Positions 29,705 through 40,372 of a stretch of 64,000 nt of DNA are shown in pieces. The DNA is taken from assembly GCA_963663165.1 (NCBI GenBank), contig OY760175.1, positions 2,752,001 through 2,816,000 on the forward strand. The letters are read 5' to 3'. The notes beneath the pieces are model-generated. The model saw only the letters and a program-made list of their open reading frames with translations, made no database searches and was not told the origin of the DNA. How positions within the stretch are numbered: position 1 is the first letter of the stretch; each line of letters begins with the position of its first letter. The position numbers and the translations under genes were made by a program. This DNA comes from an uncultured Desulfospira sp. GTDB taxonomy: Bacteria; Desulfobacterota; Desulfobacteria; Desulfobacterales; Desulfobacteraceae.

Positions 29705-30937
29705 ATGCCGGACAAAGAATATATTAAAATAAAATCAGCCAAAAAAATGCGGGATATCATGGGGCTGTACTATATGGATGCCTTAAGCGCGGCCCAAAAT
29801 AATAAACAGGTGGCCTGGATCACCTCGGGCGGTCCTGTGGAACCGCTGGTGGCCATGGATATCATTCCGGTTTATCCGGAAAACCACGGGGCCATGATCG
29901 GGGCCTCCAAAATGGGAGAGGACTTGTGCGTCAAGGCCGAAGAAATGGGATACAGCACAGACCTTTGCTCCTATGCCAGGGCCGACATTGCCTGCTCTGT
30001 GGTCAAGGGCGGCCCCATTGGCGGACTTCCCCGGCCGGATATGCTGATTTGCTGCAACAACATCTGCAGCACAGTGGTCAAATGGTACGAGGTCCAGGCC
30101 CGTTTTTTCAATGTGCCCTTGTTTCTCCTGGACACGCCCGTCTGCCATGGGGAATACACAAAAGAAGCGGATGCCTATGTAAAGGCCCAGATCCGTGAGT
30201 ACATTGAATTTTTAGAGACCATGACCGGCACCCGGCTGGATCAGGACCGGATGGCGCAAACCGGAAGGCTCTCCCTGGAAGGGCAGAAATTATGGCAGCA
30301 GGTGCTGGCCGCAACCCGGCACAAGCCCTCTCCCATGAGCGCCTTTGACGCTTTTTTTTTCCTGGCCCTGATCGTGACCCTGAGGGGGACTCAGACCGCC
30401 GTGGATTTTTACAAAGAACTGCTCCGTGAAATGGCGCAGCGCATCCAGAACAACATTGGGGTGGTGCCCGACGAAGCCTTCCGGCTGCTCTGGGATAATT
30501 TGCCGGTCTGGCACGAACTGCGGTGGCTTTCAAAAACCTTTGCCGGCCATAAGGCATGCCTGGTGGCCGACACCTATACCTCGGCCTGGTGCAGTGCCAT
30601 AGATTACATTGACCCTGAGGATTTTTTAGGGTCTATGCCCAGGGCCTACACCAATATCTACCTGAATACCGGCGTGGACCGGATGGCCGATCAGGTACTT
30701 GAGTATATCCGGTATTACGATGTTAACGGCCTGGTCATGCATTCCAACCGCTCCTGCAAGCCTTACTCTCTAGGGCAGATGGATATCATGAACCGGGTCA
30801 AAAACGCCATGGACATTCCGGTTCTCATGCTTGAGGCAGACATGACCGACCCCCGAAGCTTTTCAAAATCCCAGGCAGAAACCAGAATTGATGCATTCAT
30901 GGAAATCGTCAAACAAAAACAGGGGGCCGCCTCATGA
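29705..30937 (+). CDS. 2-hydroxyacyl-CoA dehydratase/benzoyl-CoA reductase family subunit (HgdA/BzdO-like)
   Basis: YPENHGA, DLCSYAR, CNNIC, HSNRSCKP, EADMTDPR, TRIDAFME. Confidence 0.87.
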   Translation: MPDKEYIKIKSAKKMRDIMGLYYMDALSAAQNNKQVAWITSGGPVEPLVAMDIIPVYPENHGAMIGASKMGEDLCVKAEEMGYSTDLCSYARADIACSVVKGGPIGGLPRPDMLICCNNICSTVVKWYEVQARFFNVPLFLLDTPVCHGEYTKEADAYVKAQIREYIEFLETMTGTRLDQDRMAQTGRLSLEGQKLWQQVLAATRHKPSPMSAFDAFFFLALIVTLRGTQTAVDFYKELLREMAQRIQNNIGVVPDEAFRLLWDNLPVWHELRWLSKTFAGHKACLVADTYTSAWCSAIDYIDPEDFLGSMPRAYTNIYLNTGVDRMADQVLEYIRYYDVNGLVMHSNRSCKPYSLGQMDIMNRVKNAMDIPVLMLEADMTDPRSFSKSQAETRIDAFMEIVKQKQGAAS

Positions 30938-31701
30938 TTTCTGCCGGTATTGATATTGGCTCCATCACGGCCAAGGCCGCCCTGGTTCAAGGCCGCAGGG
31001 TTATGGGAACCAGCGTCATCCCCACGGGATTTGATCATGGGCTGACGGCAGAAAAAGTACTGGATCAGCTGCTTGAAAAAACCGGCATCAATTTTGGAAA
31101 AATTAAACACATCGTTGCCACGGGATACGGCCGGGCCAGTGTTGCCGTTGCCGCTAAAGCCATGACCGAAATCATCTGCCACGGGGCCGGTGCCTTTTTT
31201 TTGAATCCCGGAACAAAGGGCATTATTGACGTGGGCGGCCAGGACGCCAAAGCCATTCTTCTGGACAAGGAAGGGCGGGTTCAGGATTTTGCCATGAATG
31301 ACAAGTGCGCAGCCGGCACCGGAAGGTTTCTCGAAGTCATGGCCAAAGCCCTTGAAGTCAGCCTTGAAGATTTAGGGCAGATCAGCCTGACCGGCCAGGA
31401 ACCGGTTCACATATCCAGCGTCTGCACTGTATTTGCGGAATCCGAAGTGATTTCCATGATTGCCCGCAGGGAAAGCCGGGAAAATATTATTTCAGGCATT
31501 CACCAGTCTGCGGCCTCCAGGATTTCGTCTCTGGCCCTGCGGGCCGGGATCGGCCCGCCTGTGGTGATGACCGGCGGGGTGGCAAAAAATATCGGCATGG
31601 TCAAAGCCCTTGAGTCCTGTCTCGGGTGGAAAATCACGGTCAGTGACTTTCCCCAGGAAAACGGGGCCATTGGGGCGGCGGTGATTGCCGGCACCCTTTA
31701 A
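30934..31701 (+). CDS. CoA-substrate-specific enzyme activase (ASKHA ATPase, HgdC/BzdQ-like)
   Basis: GIDIGSITAK, TGYGR, DVGGQDAK, MNDKCAAGTGRFLE, CTVFAESE. Confidence 0.93.
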   Translation: MISAGIDIGSITAKAALVQGRRVMGTSVIPTGFDHGLTAEKVLDQLLEKTGINFGKIKHIVATGYGRASVAVAAKAMTEIICHGAGAFFLNPGTKGIIDVGGQDAKAILLDKEGRVQDFAMNDKCAAGTGRFLEVMAKALEVSLEDLGQISLTGQEPVHISSVCTVFAESEVISMIARRESRENIISGIHQSAASRISSLALRAGIGPPVVMTGGVAKNIGMVKALESCLGWKITVSDFPQENGAIGAAVIAGTL

Positions 31702-31717
31702 AACAGCCGTTCAGGCA

Positions 31718-32323
31718 CTACTCAGGGGGCTGGCTTTGTTTCATTTTTTCAATCAGATGCTGAACCAGATCCCCGCCGGGGGCGGTTGCCATGGGATTGA
31801 TCTTCACCAGCGCTTCCCATGCCTGGACTGCCCCGCTGATATCATTTAGATCGTGCATCAAAACAACGCCCTTGTTAAACCGGGCCGTTTCAAAGGAAGG
31901 ATCTGCTGCCACGGCCCGGTCAAAGGCTTCGACGGCTTTTTCAGGCTGGCCGCTGCGCCGGTACATCACCCCGAGGTCGGTAAGGACTTCGGGATTGGCC
32001 GGTTCCAGGGCCAGGGATTTGTTATAGGCTTCAATGGATTCACCGGCCCGGTTCATGTCAAAATAATAATCGCCCAGCTTTACCCAGGCCTTTGCGTCAT
32101 CGGGGTTTTTCTTTACATGGGCTTGAAGTTCCAGGATCTGCGCCTTTGCCTGAGCTGAAACCCGGGATTCATCAGAACCGCCGCCGGTTTGTCCGGGGGC
32201 TTTTTGTGATGCCGGTGTCCCGGAAACCCCGGCCAGCTTAAATGATGTATAGGCAGAGCCTGCCAGAAACCCCAAGGTAAGGGAAACGAGAACGGCCATA
32301 TATAACGTTTGTTTTGATATCAT
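31718..32323 (-). CDS. Membrane-anchored TPR protein
   Basis: N-terminal TM helix; three TPR motifs (AWVKLG.., LTDLGVMY.., ARFNKG..). Confidence 0.85.
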   Translation of the reverse strand: MISKQTLYMAVLVSLTLGFLAGSAYTSFKLAGVSGTPASQKAPGQTGGGSDESRVSAQAKAQILELQAHVKKNPDDAKAWVKLGDYYFDMNRAGESIEAYNKSLALEPANPEVLTDLGVMYRRSGQPEKAVEAFDRAVAADPSFETARFNKGVVLMHDLNDISGAVQAWEALVKINPMATAPGGDLVQHLIEKMKQSQPPE

Positions 32324-32387
32324 GAGTTAATGCCTTTCTATCCATGTTGATTTAAGGCAGGCTGTATAAACCATCGTTGGCCAAAGG

Positions 32388-33299
32388 TCAAACCGTTTCA
32401 ATATGCCAGGGTTCAAACCTTACCCCGAGACGGTTGTACCGGCCGTATCTGAATTTTACATATCCCAGGCGGATAAGGCGGTGATACACCCGGGTATCCA
32501 CAAACTTTTCACTGAAATTGTAGGCCCCATACCCCTTTTGGCCCACATCAAAATCCCCGATGCCGTGAAAGGAATACCCGGGCGGGGCCAGGGAGCGGGA
32601 GGCCATGGAAAGGTTTCCCCGGCTGCGACAGGTTTTGTCTAAAAACAGCAAAAACTGCTTCATCATCCCCCTGACCCCGGAAGTCAGGATCAAATCACTG
32701 CCGACCCTTTCTTTAACCTCATGATACATGTTAACCGAGTTCCCCCGGTACAGGTAGTTGCCGGTCCCGGAAATTTTAACCACATCTTTTTTATTGATGG
32801 TACGGGTAATGGTTTCAAAGGGTTTTTCTCCCATGAATCCATAGGTTGTGGCCCGGGTATAAAATAGCTTTTCAAGAAACTGGATTTCCTTTGCTGAAAA
32901 CACGCCCACGCCGTTAAAATTCCTGGCAACGGCCAGAGCCTGGTCAAACCCCATCAGGGCAAAATTGGCATATCCCACCTGCTTTGAAACCCGCCAAAGC
33001 CTTTCAAGGCATGATTCAAGCAAAGGCTGGTCATCGGGGGCAATAAAAATATCGTCTTCGAACACCTGATCATAGTGCCGCCATTTTTCCAAGGCGCCCG
33101 GTCTGTCCCCTTTTAGGGAATGGTCACCAGGACGTGATCCGGCCTGTTTAGACAAGGCGGCCACGGTGATCGCTTTTGGGGATTTGACGATTTCACAATT
33201 AAGAATTTCATTACAGCCCGGGGACAGCGCCAGGGCATCGGGCACGGCCCTGAGCAAGGCCAAGGCCGCCAGGTATTTTAGAAAATCTCGTTTTTCCAT
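32388..33299 (-). CDS. M15B/VanY-type D,D-carboxypeptidase with a Tat-like signal
   Basis: TSGVR, LAPPGYSFH..D, FEPWH; N-terminal EKRDFLK. Confidence 0.85.
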   Translation of the reverse strand: MEKRDFLKYLAALALLRAVPDALALSPGCNEILNCEIVKSPKAITVAALSKQAGSRPGDHSLKGDRPGALEKWRHYDQVFEDDIFIAPDDQPLLESCLERLWRVSKQVGYANFALMGFDQALAVARNFNGVGVFSAKEIQFLEKLFYTRATTYGFMGEKPFETITRTINKKDVVKISGTGNYLYRGNSVNMYHEVKERVGSDLILTSGVRGMMKQFLLFLDKTCRSRGNLSMASRSLAPPGYSFHGIGDFDVGQKGYGAYNFSEKFVDTRVYHRLIRLGYVKFRYGRYNRLGVRFEPWHIETV

Positions 33300-33359
33300 T
33301 GGTTTAAAAAAGGGGAACTGCCCGGCCAAGGCATAAACAAAAGGAATGAATAAACCGGG

Positions 33360-35327
33360 TCAGACCCGAGCTTTCTGGATTTCTGAATTAAAGACCGAAT
33401 CGATTTTCTCGGACAGCATGGCAACGTCAAAGGGCTTTCTGATAAAACCGCAGCAGCCATTTTCCATCATCCTGTTGATTTCATCTTCTTTGCTGTAGCC
33501 GGAAGAGATCAACACCCGGCTTTCCGGGCGAATTTGGCGGATCTGCTTATAGGTCTCGTAGCCGCCCATCTCGGGCATAATCATATCCAGAATAATCAGG
33601 TCAATGCCCTCTTTGTTTTTTTCAACCAGCTGAACCGCTTCAATTCCGCTCATGGCGGTTTTTACATCATAGCCCAGGGTTTTGATCATTTCCGAACAGA
33701 CCTCAACCACACCTTTTTCGTCATCTACCAGCAGGATCATGCCCCGGCCGTTGATAATTTTTTCAACGTCCTCCTGGTGGCGGGCTGACCGGACCTCAGC
33801 CTCCTGGGCCGGCAGGTAAAACATGAAACTGCTGCCTTCTCCCTTTTGACTGGTAACCTTGAAAACCCCTTTGTGGCTTTGCACAATACCATACGCCGTG
33901 GCCAATCCCAAACCGGTCCCCTGCCCCCTTTCCTTTGTGGTAAAAAACGGGTCAAATATCTGGGTGATGGTTTCCTTATCCATCCCAATACCCGTGTCGC
34001 TGACCCCGATTTTCACATAAGGACCAGGGGTTTCAAGACCGAACTCTTCAAGCTGGGAGGGCAGGACATGGACGTTTTCCGAGCTGATGGTGATGGTGCC
34101 GCCCTTGGGCATGGCGTGCCACGCATTCACAAAAAGGTTGAGCAGCACCTGCTTGATCTGCCCCTCGTTGACAACGGTTCCCCATAATTTTTTCTCAAGG
34201 CGGTGATCCATCCGGATATCCTTTTTGGTCCGGGAAAACATCTTGGCAGACATCTTGAGCAGGTAATTTAAATTGATCATATGGGCTTCCCGAAAGCTTT
34301 TCTGGGCAAAGCCGAGAAGCTGCCGGGCCATTTCCGCTCCCGAGGCCACATACTCATCAATATTGGACAGGCGCTTGTATTCAACACTGTCCCGGTCAAA
34401 TTCATTTTTGACCAGGGAGGCATACCCCTGAATCCCCATGAGGATATTGTTAAAATCATGGGCAATGCCCCCGGCCAGGGTGCCGATGGCTTCCATTTTC
34501 TGGGACTGCCGCAGCTGGGCCTCCAAGTTGATACGGACGGTCATATCCCTGGCAACAGCATAAATCCCCCGTGCTTCTTTACAGCTTCCGTGGGCCGGCA
34601 GGTGCAAAGGGGAGGCTTTCAGGTTGATATAGGCGTAGTTGGACGCATAGGGCGTGGCGATGGGAACGGCTTTTTTGGCCTTTTTGAACCGGAAACTGAT
34701 TTCCCGGCAGCCGGCCTGAACAGGGAAAAAGCTGGCCACTTTGGACTGATCCTCGTCATGGACCAGGTTTTCAAACTCAGACCCGATTAAGTCTTTTCTT
34801 TGAAACCCCAGAAGGGTTTCAAACTGATTGTTCACAAAGGTAAACCGGCCCTGTTCATCCAGGGTAAAAATCAGGTCAGGGGAATTATTGACCATACTTT
34901 CATACTGGATTTCCGAAGCTTTAAGGCGGGCCGATACGTCTTTCTTATCCGCTATCAGCCTGGCCTGGGAAAGTGCGTTTTTGACGGTTTTGATAAGTTC
35001 GGCATACTCAAACGGTTTTTTAAGATAATCCCAGGCCCCCTGTTTGATGGCTTTTACTGCCGATTCCACAGAGGCGAACCCAGTCATGATGATGATGATC
35101 ATTTCCGCATTCAATTGGAAAATGCGCTCCATGGTTTCATATCCATTGAGCTTGGGCATGCTGATATCCAGCAAAATCAAATCGAATTCCTCCCGCTCTA
35201 TAAGCGAAAGGGTTTCAAGCCCGTTCTGGGCGCCTGAAACTTGAAATCCTTCTCGTTTCAGGCACCGGCTGATATTTTCAACAATTCTGGATTCATCATC
35301 AACAACAAGTATCTTTTCCGCTTTCAT
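33360..35327 (-). CDS. Hybrid sensor kinase (REC-PAS-HisKA-HATPase-REC)
   Basis: [39 protein letters not shown]; receiver domains at both ends. Confidence 0.93.
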   Translation of the reverse strand: MKAEKILVVDDESRIVENISRCLKREGFQVSGAQNGLETLSLIEREEFDLILLDISMPKLNGYETMERIFQLNAEMIIIIMTGFASVESAVKAIKQGAWDYLKKPFEYAELIKTVKNALSQARLIADKKDVSARLKASEIQYESMVNNSPDLIFTLDEQGRFTFVNNQFETLLGFQRKDLIGSEFENLVHDEDQSKVASFFPVQAGCREISFRFKKAKKAVPIATPYASNYAYINLKASPLHLPAHGSCKEARGIYAVARDMTVRINLEAQLRQSQKMEAIGTLAGGIAHDFNNILMGIQGYASLVKNEFDRDSVEYKRLSNIDEYVASGAEMARQLLGFAQKSFREAHMINLNYLLKMSAKMFSRTKKDIRMDHRLEKKLWGTVVNEGQIKQVLLNLFVNAWHAMPKGGTITISSENVHVLPSQLEEFGLETPGPYVKIGVSDTGIGMDKETITQIFDPFFTTKERGQGTGLGLATAYGIVQSHKGVFKVTSQKGEGSSFMFYLPAQEAEVRSARHQEDVEKIINGRGMILLVDDEKGVVEVCSEMIKTLGYDVKTAMSGIEAVQLVEKNKEGIDLIILDMIMPEMGGYETYKQIRQIRPESRVLISSGYSKEDEINRMMENGCCGFIRKPFDVAMLSEKIDSVFNSEIQKARV

Positions 35328-35365
35328 ATGTTGTATTACTCATCCGTTTGCAGTTATGACAAATA

Positions 35366-37453
35366 TCACACATCAACTGAACTTGTAATTTCGGTTACTT
35401 TGGATTTTTCATAGCATACCAGCCCGCACTGGAGGCATCTGTTGGCTTCTTCCAAGGCAGTCTGGGTTGAAAATCCCGTTGAAAATCCATCTTTAAGATT
35501 TTCTTTGGCCTCTGAGGGAACCAGGCGGTGTCTGGGGGATTTGCCCACATGGGTCAGAAAATCCACATTCTGAATCCGGGATTTATCCGTCACTATATCG
35601 GTTTTATCCTGGAAATCAAGCCCGTACATCATGTTATGCATGGCAACGGCCATTTTTCTGCCGCCGTTGATGGCCGTGACTGCAGAAGAATACTCGGATA
35701 CAGCGTCCTGGCCTGACAGAATTCCAAGTTCCTGGTTTGAATCAGGCTTCTTGAGGAATTCATTGGCCACCCATACCAGATCGGTTTCCTGTTCAACAGA
35801 TTCTTTCCCGGGGGCCTCATCGCCTTCCGGCACTTCCGGCAGCACCGGGGTAAAGACCAGTTCCGGGAACCTTCCGGATCCGATAATCAGTGTATCGGCA
35901 GCCACTTTCCGGACCTCTCCTGAATCCAGATCCGTAATTTCAATGGCTTCGAGCCGTTCTTCACATCCTTCCAGTTTTGTTATCCCGGCGTTCTGGAGGA
36001 TAACCGTATCCTCTTCGGCAAGCCCTTGGATTTCCTGAGGATCAAACCCCAAATCCTGTTCAGACTGTCTCAAGACAATGGTAATTTTCTTGGCACCCTT
36101 GGTCCGAAGCTGGCTGACCGCATCAGAAAGCCGTTTTCCGCCGCCGGCAATTACCACCCGTTCTCCGGACGGAATCTGAAAGCTGTCATGTGAAATGCTT
36201 CTGAGCAGATCAATGAGCAGATAAGTCTGGGGAAGGGTATTTTCAGCCCCATGAATATCCCCTCTGGCCAGCCGGGAATCCCAGCCGCCGGAAGCCACGC
36301 CCACGGCATCAAAGCCCTCTTTGAGCAGGCCGGGAATGGTGAAGTCTTTACCGGCCTTGGTTTTTGTTTTTGCCTCAACCCCCATGTCAAGAACCCCCTG
36401 AATATCCCAGTCCAGGATATCCATTGAAAGCCGTTCCCTGGCAATGGCCTTTCTTAAAATGCCGCCAAGCTTGTCAGTGGCCTCATAAACCGTGGGTTCA
36501 TGGCCGAGCCGGGCACTGAAAAATGCAGCGGCAAGCCCTTCAACCCCGCCGCCGATCACGGCAATCTTTTTGCCGGTTCCCGGCGCCTTGTATGGTTGGA
36601 CTCGTTTATCCTGATTCATCTCATAATCACATACAAACCGTTTCAAACCGTTGATGGCCACGGACTCATCCTGGAGAAGCCGGCGGCAGTTAAATTCACA
36701 GGTTGCCGGGCATATTCTTGAAATAACGGTGGGGAAAGGCATTCTCTCTTTGATCACGGCAAGGGCTCCGTGGAAATCGCTTTCCGTGATACGCCGGATA
36801 TATTCTTTAATATTCACCCCGGACGGACAGGCCCTCTGGCAGGGGGTGGTGCAGTCACCTTCGGTATATTCCCTTACAATCCGGCGGGTAACCGATGTCA
36901 GGCGAATGATATTTTTAGGACAGATTTTTTCACAGGCGCCGCAGCCGGTGCATTTTTCCTGGTCGACAACCGGCAGGCCGTTCTCTCCCATGCTCAGGGC
37001 ACCGAACTTACAGGCCGTAACGCAGGTGCCAAGTCCAAGGCAGCCGATCCGGCAGACCTTCATGCCGCCCATGAGCATGGCGGCCGCCCGGCAGTCTTTG
37101 ATGCCGTGGTAAACATAATTCAAGTCTGCCTTGCTGCTGGAATAATAACAGCCGGGGTTTGCGAATTCAGGTTCCTTGTCGGACACGGAAACGCCCATAA
37201 TTGCGGCAATTTCAAGGGCCACATCATCTCCTGCAGCCACACAGGAATTTACATCCTGCAACCCCTGGACAATGGCCTCCGCATTGGCAGAGCAGCCGGG
37301 ATAGCCGCAACCGCCGCAGTTTGCACCGGGGAGAGCCTCATTAATCGCCACCACTTTTGGATCTTCATACACATAAAACGCTTTTGCCGCAATTACCAAA
37401 ACAACACCGATTGCGACTCCCAATCCGCCCATCATCAGAATTGATTGAATCAT
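35366..37453 (-). CDS. rnfB: RnfB-like Fe-S protein fused to a GltD-like FAD oxidoreductase domain
   Basis: TM anchor, LPGANCGGCGYPGC, ferredoxin CxxCxxCxxxC motifs, PCQRACP..RICP..CE..C, VAVIGGG, EANRCLQC; start probably ATG 37453. Confidence 0.8.
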   Translation of the reverse strand: MIQSILMMGGLGVAIGVVLVIAAKAFYVYEDPKVVAINEALPGANCGGCGYPGCSANAEAIVQGLQDVNSCVAAGDDVALEIAAIMGVSVSDKEPEFANPGCYYSSSKADLNYVYHGIKDCRAAAMLMGGMKVCRIGCLGLGTCVTACKFGALSMGENGLPVVDQEKCTGCGACEKICPKNIIRLTSVTRRIVREYTEGDCTTPCQRACPSGVNIKEYIRRITESDFHGALAVIKERMPFPTVISRICPATCEFNCRRLLQDESVAINGLKRFVCDYEMNQDKRVQPYKAPGTGKKIAVIGGGVEGLAAAFFSARLGHEPTVYEATDKLGGILRKAIARERLSMDILDWDIQGVLDMGVEAKTKTKAGKDFTIPGLLKEGFDAVGVASGGWDSRLARGDIHGAENTLPQTYLLIDLLRSISHDSFQIPSGERVVIAGGGKRLSDAVSQLRTKGAKKITIVLRQSEQDLGFDPQEIQGLAEEDTVILQNAGITKLEGCEERLEAIEITDLDSGEVRKVAADTLIIGSGRFPELVFTPVLPEVPEGDEAPGKESVEQETDLVWVANEFLKKPDSNQELGILSGQDAVSEYSSAVTAINGGRKMAVAMHNMMYGLDFQDKTDIVTDKSRIQNVDFLTHVGKSPRHRLVPSEAKENLKDGFSTGFSTQTALEEANRCLQCGLVCYEKSKVTEITSSVDV

Positions 37454-37731
37454 CTGTCCTTCCCCTTCATTTTGGTCTTTTTCAGACACGTTGGTGCTTC
37501 AGGGGTTTCATGCCATTTGAGCCTTTCCTGAAACCAACGGTCCTTTGATCTTAAGTCAAACGGTTTAAGCCAATGCCCGAGTATATAATTTCAACTTGAA
37601 TTTTCCAAACCATTCTATACTAATCTGAGGCACTAAAAGTCAACCATATCAATGAAACTTATTAAACTTCTATCAATTAAAAAACAGCTGTCGCGAAAAA
37701 ATAAGAAACCGACTAGTCAAAATAACCCCCA

Positions 37732-38667
37732 TCAGATCCTGTCAAATTTTTCCATGGTCCTTAAAAAATCTTCTGGAACAGGGGCTTCATAACCCTTCCG
37801 GACCCCAGAGTATGGGTGCCGGAAGCTGAGATATACTGAATGAAGCATTTGTCTTTGCAGTTGGCGATTTTTCTTTCTGAACTGTTTGGTCTGATAAACC
37901 GGATCTCCCACCAATGGATGCCCTATGGCATAAAAATGGACCCGGATCTGGTGGGTACGGCCTGTATAAAGCCGGATTCTGGCAAGACAGCCCTGTTTGA
38001 ACCGGTGTTGAACCTGCCAGGACGTGAGCGCCTGTTTTCCGGTGTCATGGTTAACCGCCATGAGCTTTCTTTTGACCGGATGCCGTCCGATGGGAAGGTC
38101 GATTACACCGGTATCGGGAAGATCACTGCCGCAGACCAGGGCCAGGTATTCCTTTTTGACCCGGCGCTGTTTGAATTCTTTTTGGAGAAAGGAAAGGGCA
38201 TGGCCGGTTTTGGCCACCAGGATTAATCCCGAGGTCTCTTTGTCCAGCCGGTGGACTATTCCCGGCCGGGTGGCATCCTCTCCGGCATTCCGGATTTTCG
38301 GGACATGACACAGCAGTTTGTTCACCAGGGTCCCGTTTATATTCCCGGGTCCGGGGTGAACCACTAGGCCGGCGGGTTTGTTGATGAGAATAACATGGTC
38401 GTCTTCATCAACCACAGGCAGGTCCATGGGCTCGGCAAGGGGATCATCCGGCCCTTCACATGGGTCCACCACCCCGGCCACCCGATGCCCTTCCTGGAGC
38501 CTGAATCCCGGACGCCGGCAAATCCCGTCCACCCGGACCCGGCCTTGGGACACCATGGCCGATGCACGGCTTCTGGACAGCCCGGGCACCCGCCTGGCCA
38601 ATGCCTGATCCAGCCGCAGACCGGCGAAACCGTTGGAGACCATAAAGTCAATTGTAAGGGGTTTCAT
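37732..38667 (-). CDS. rluD: RluA-family (RluD-like) pseudouridine synthase
   Basis: S4 domain, NKPAGLVVHP, HRLDKETSG, TGRTHQIRVH. Confidence 0.88.
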   Translation of the reverse strand: MKPLTIDFMVSNGFAGLRLDQALARRVPGLSRSRASAMVSQGRVRVDGICRRPGFRLQEGHRVAGVVDPCEGPDDPLAEPMDLPVVDEDDHVILINKPAGLVVHPGPGNINGTLVNKLLCHVPKIRNAGEDATRPGIVHRLDKETSGLILVAKTGHALSFLQKEFKQRRVKKEYLALVCGSDLPDTGVIDLPIGRHPVKRKLMAVNHDTGKQALTSWQVQHRFKQGCLARIRLYTGRTHQIRVHFYAIGHPLVGDPVYQTKQFRKKNRQLQRQMLHSVYLSFRHPYSGVRKGYEAPVPEDFLRTMEKFDRI

Positions 38668-38744
38668 TGGGGTTACAAGGCGCCAAAAAAACAAAACCGG
38701 CAGACCAAACGCCTGCCGGTTAAATGGTTAAGCTTGGGGCAGCT

Positions 38745-39278
38745 TTAGTCGAACAGGTTTTTTATCTCTGCCATCATGGCTTTTTCATCAATATCTTTTG
38801 CCGTTGACAGTTCTTGAACCAATAAGTTCTGGGCCGTATCCAGAAGCTTTCTTTCCCCAAAGGAAAGATCTTTTTCCAGTTTTAACTGAAAGAGATCTCT
38901 GAAGACTTCGGCCACATCATAAATGGAACCGGTTTTAATTTTATCCATATATTCCCGGTATCTGCGGTTCCAGGTCTGGTTATCAACAGGCTGCGCTTTT
39001 TCCTTCATCACCTTGTAGACCTCAGGGATCTCTGTTTCCGGAATAACTTCTCTTAAGCCCACAGATTCAACGTTTGAGGTCGGAATCATGATCACCATGC
39101 CGTTTTCTACAATTTTCATCATGTAGAAATTCATGGTGTCGCCATTGATTTCCCTGCTTTCAATGGATTCTATGCACCCTACTCCGTGTGCCGGATAGAC
39201 TGCCAGATCCCCCTGTGAAAACTCTTTTTTAGCTGTGAATGCCGCCTTTACTTTGCCTTTTTTGGATTTTTCACCCAT
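38745..39278 (-). CDS. carD: CarD-family transcriptional regulator
   Basis: VYPAHGVG, VGLR, QTWNRRYR, LSFGERKLL. Confidence 0.93.
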   Translation of the reverse strand: MGEKSKKGKVKAAFTAKKEFSQGDLAVYPAHGVGCIESIESREINGDTMNFYMMKIVENGMVIMIPTSNVESVGLREVIPETEIPEVYKVMKEKAQPVDNQTWNRRYREYMDKIKTGSIYDVAEVFRDLFQLKLEKDLSFGERKLLDTAQNLLVQELSTAKDIDEKAMMAEIKNLFD

Positions 39279-39763
39279 TAGATATCCCACCTTATGTTTA
39301 GGGGCTACTTAAAAAAATCGGCCGAAACATCCCCAAAATCTGTTTTCCGGACCGGTTTTACCACTGAATAAACATCACACCCCTGAAATATCAAACATAT
39401 TCCCAAGGTGCTATTTTCCATGTGTATTGAACTCGATTCAAAAATCCTGATTTTTTGGAAGATGTACTTTACATTTTGTAAAGTTGATTGATGCTCTGTC
39501 CTGATTTGTTATGAAAATTAATGATATCTCAGCATTTTCATATGATCCTGTTCTTTCAGGGCAGTAGATTCAACTCTCAAAGCCGTAACTAAATTTCCAA
39601 GCGCTCCCAATAGTAAAAACAATTAACCCATTCTTAGACAGGAAACCATATCTTAACAATATTGTCAATGAAATTATCATTATTCACCCCAAATCCTTGC
39701 CCACAGGGCAACACAGACCTGGCGGAATTCTAATCTCTGCATAACAAACAGCCGGTTTTGAGT

Positions 39764-40351
39764 TCAGGAATTTACATGATTCATGGCGTAGGACACACCA
39801 TGCTTAAGAATAAGCGTGCAGGCATCTGCAGCGTGGACAACCACATCTTCAAGGCTGAGCTTTTCTTCAGGGGTAAAATGGCCGAGTACATGGCCAACAA
39901 CCTTTGCCCCCTGGTTTAACGGATCTTCAGGCCGGCCCACACCGACCCTGACCCTTACAAAATCCTTGCTGCCAAAGGCATCGATAATGGACCGGATCCC
40001 GTTATGTCCCCCATGCCCCCTGGATTGCACCACTTTAATCCGGCCAAAGGGAAGATCCATGTCATCATGGACCACCATCACGTCTTCCAGAGAAATTTTG
40101 TAATAGGCGGCAAGCTTCTGGATGGGGAACCCGCTTTTGTTCATATAGGACATGGGCTTAATCAGATAGGTCTGGCAGCCGGCTATCCGGGTTTTACAAA
40201 AAACCGCGTCAAACCGTTTTTGATCAAGCTGAACAGATGCCTCCCGGGCCAGCCGGTCAAGGACCGCAAACCCGATATTATGGCGGGTCTGGGCATAATC
40301 CCTGCCGGGATTTCCCAGACCCGCTATCATTTTTAAGTCAGAACACGACAT
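39764..40351 (-). CDS. pth: Peptidyl-tRNA hydrolase
   Basis: GLGNPG, TRHNIGF, YMNKSG, HDDMD, GGHNG. Confidence 0.96.
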   Translation of the reverse strand: MSCSDLKMIAGLGNPGRDYAQTRHNIGFAVLDRLAREASVQLDQKRFDAVFCKTRIAGCQTYLIKPMSYMNKSGFPIQKLAAYYKISLEDVMVVHDDMDLPFGRIKVVQSRGHGGHNGIRSIIDAFGSKDFVRVRVGVGRPEDPLNQGAKVVGHVLGHFTPEEKLSLEDVVVHAADACTLILKHGVSYAMNHVNS

Positions 40352-40372
40352 TGAGAACAGCAGAAAGGATTG

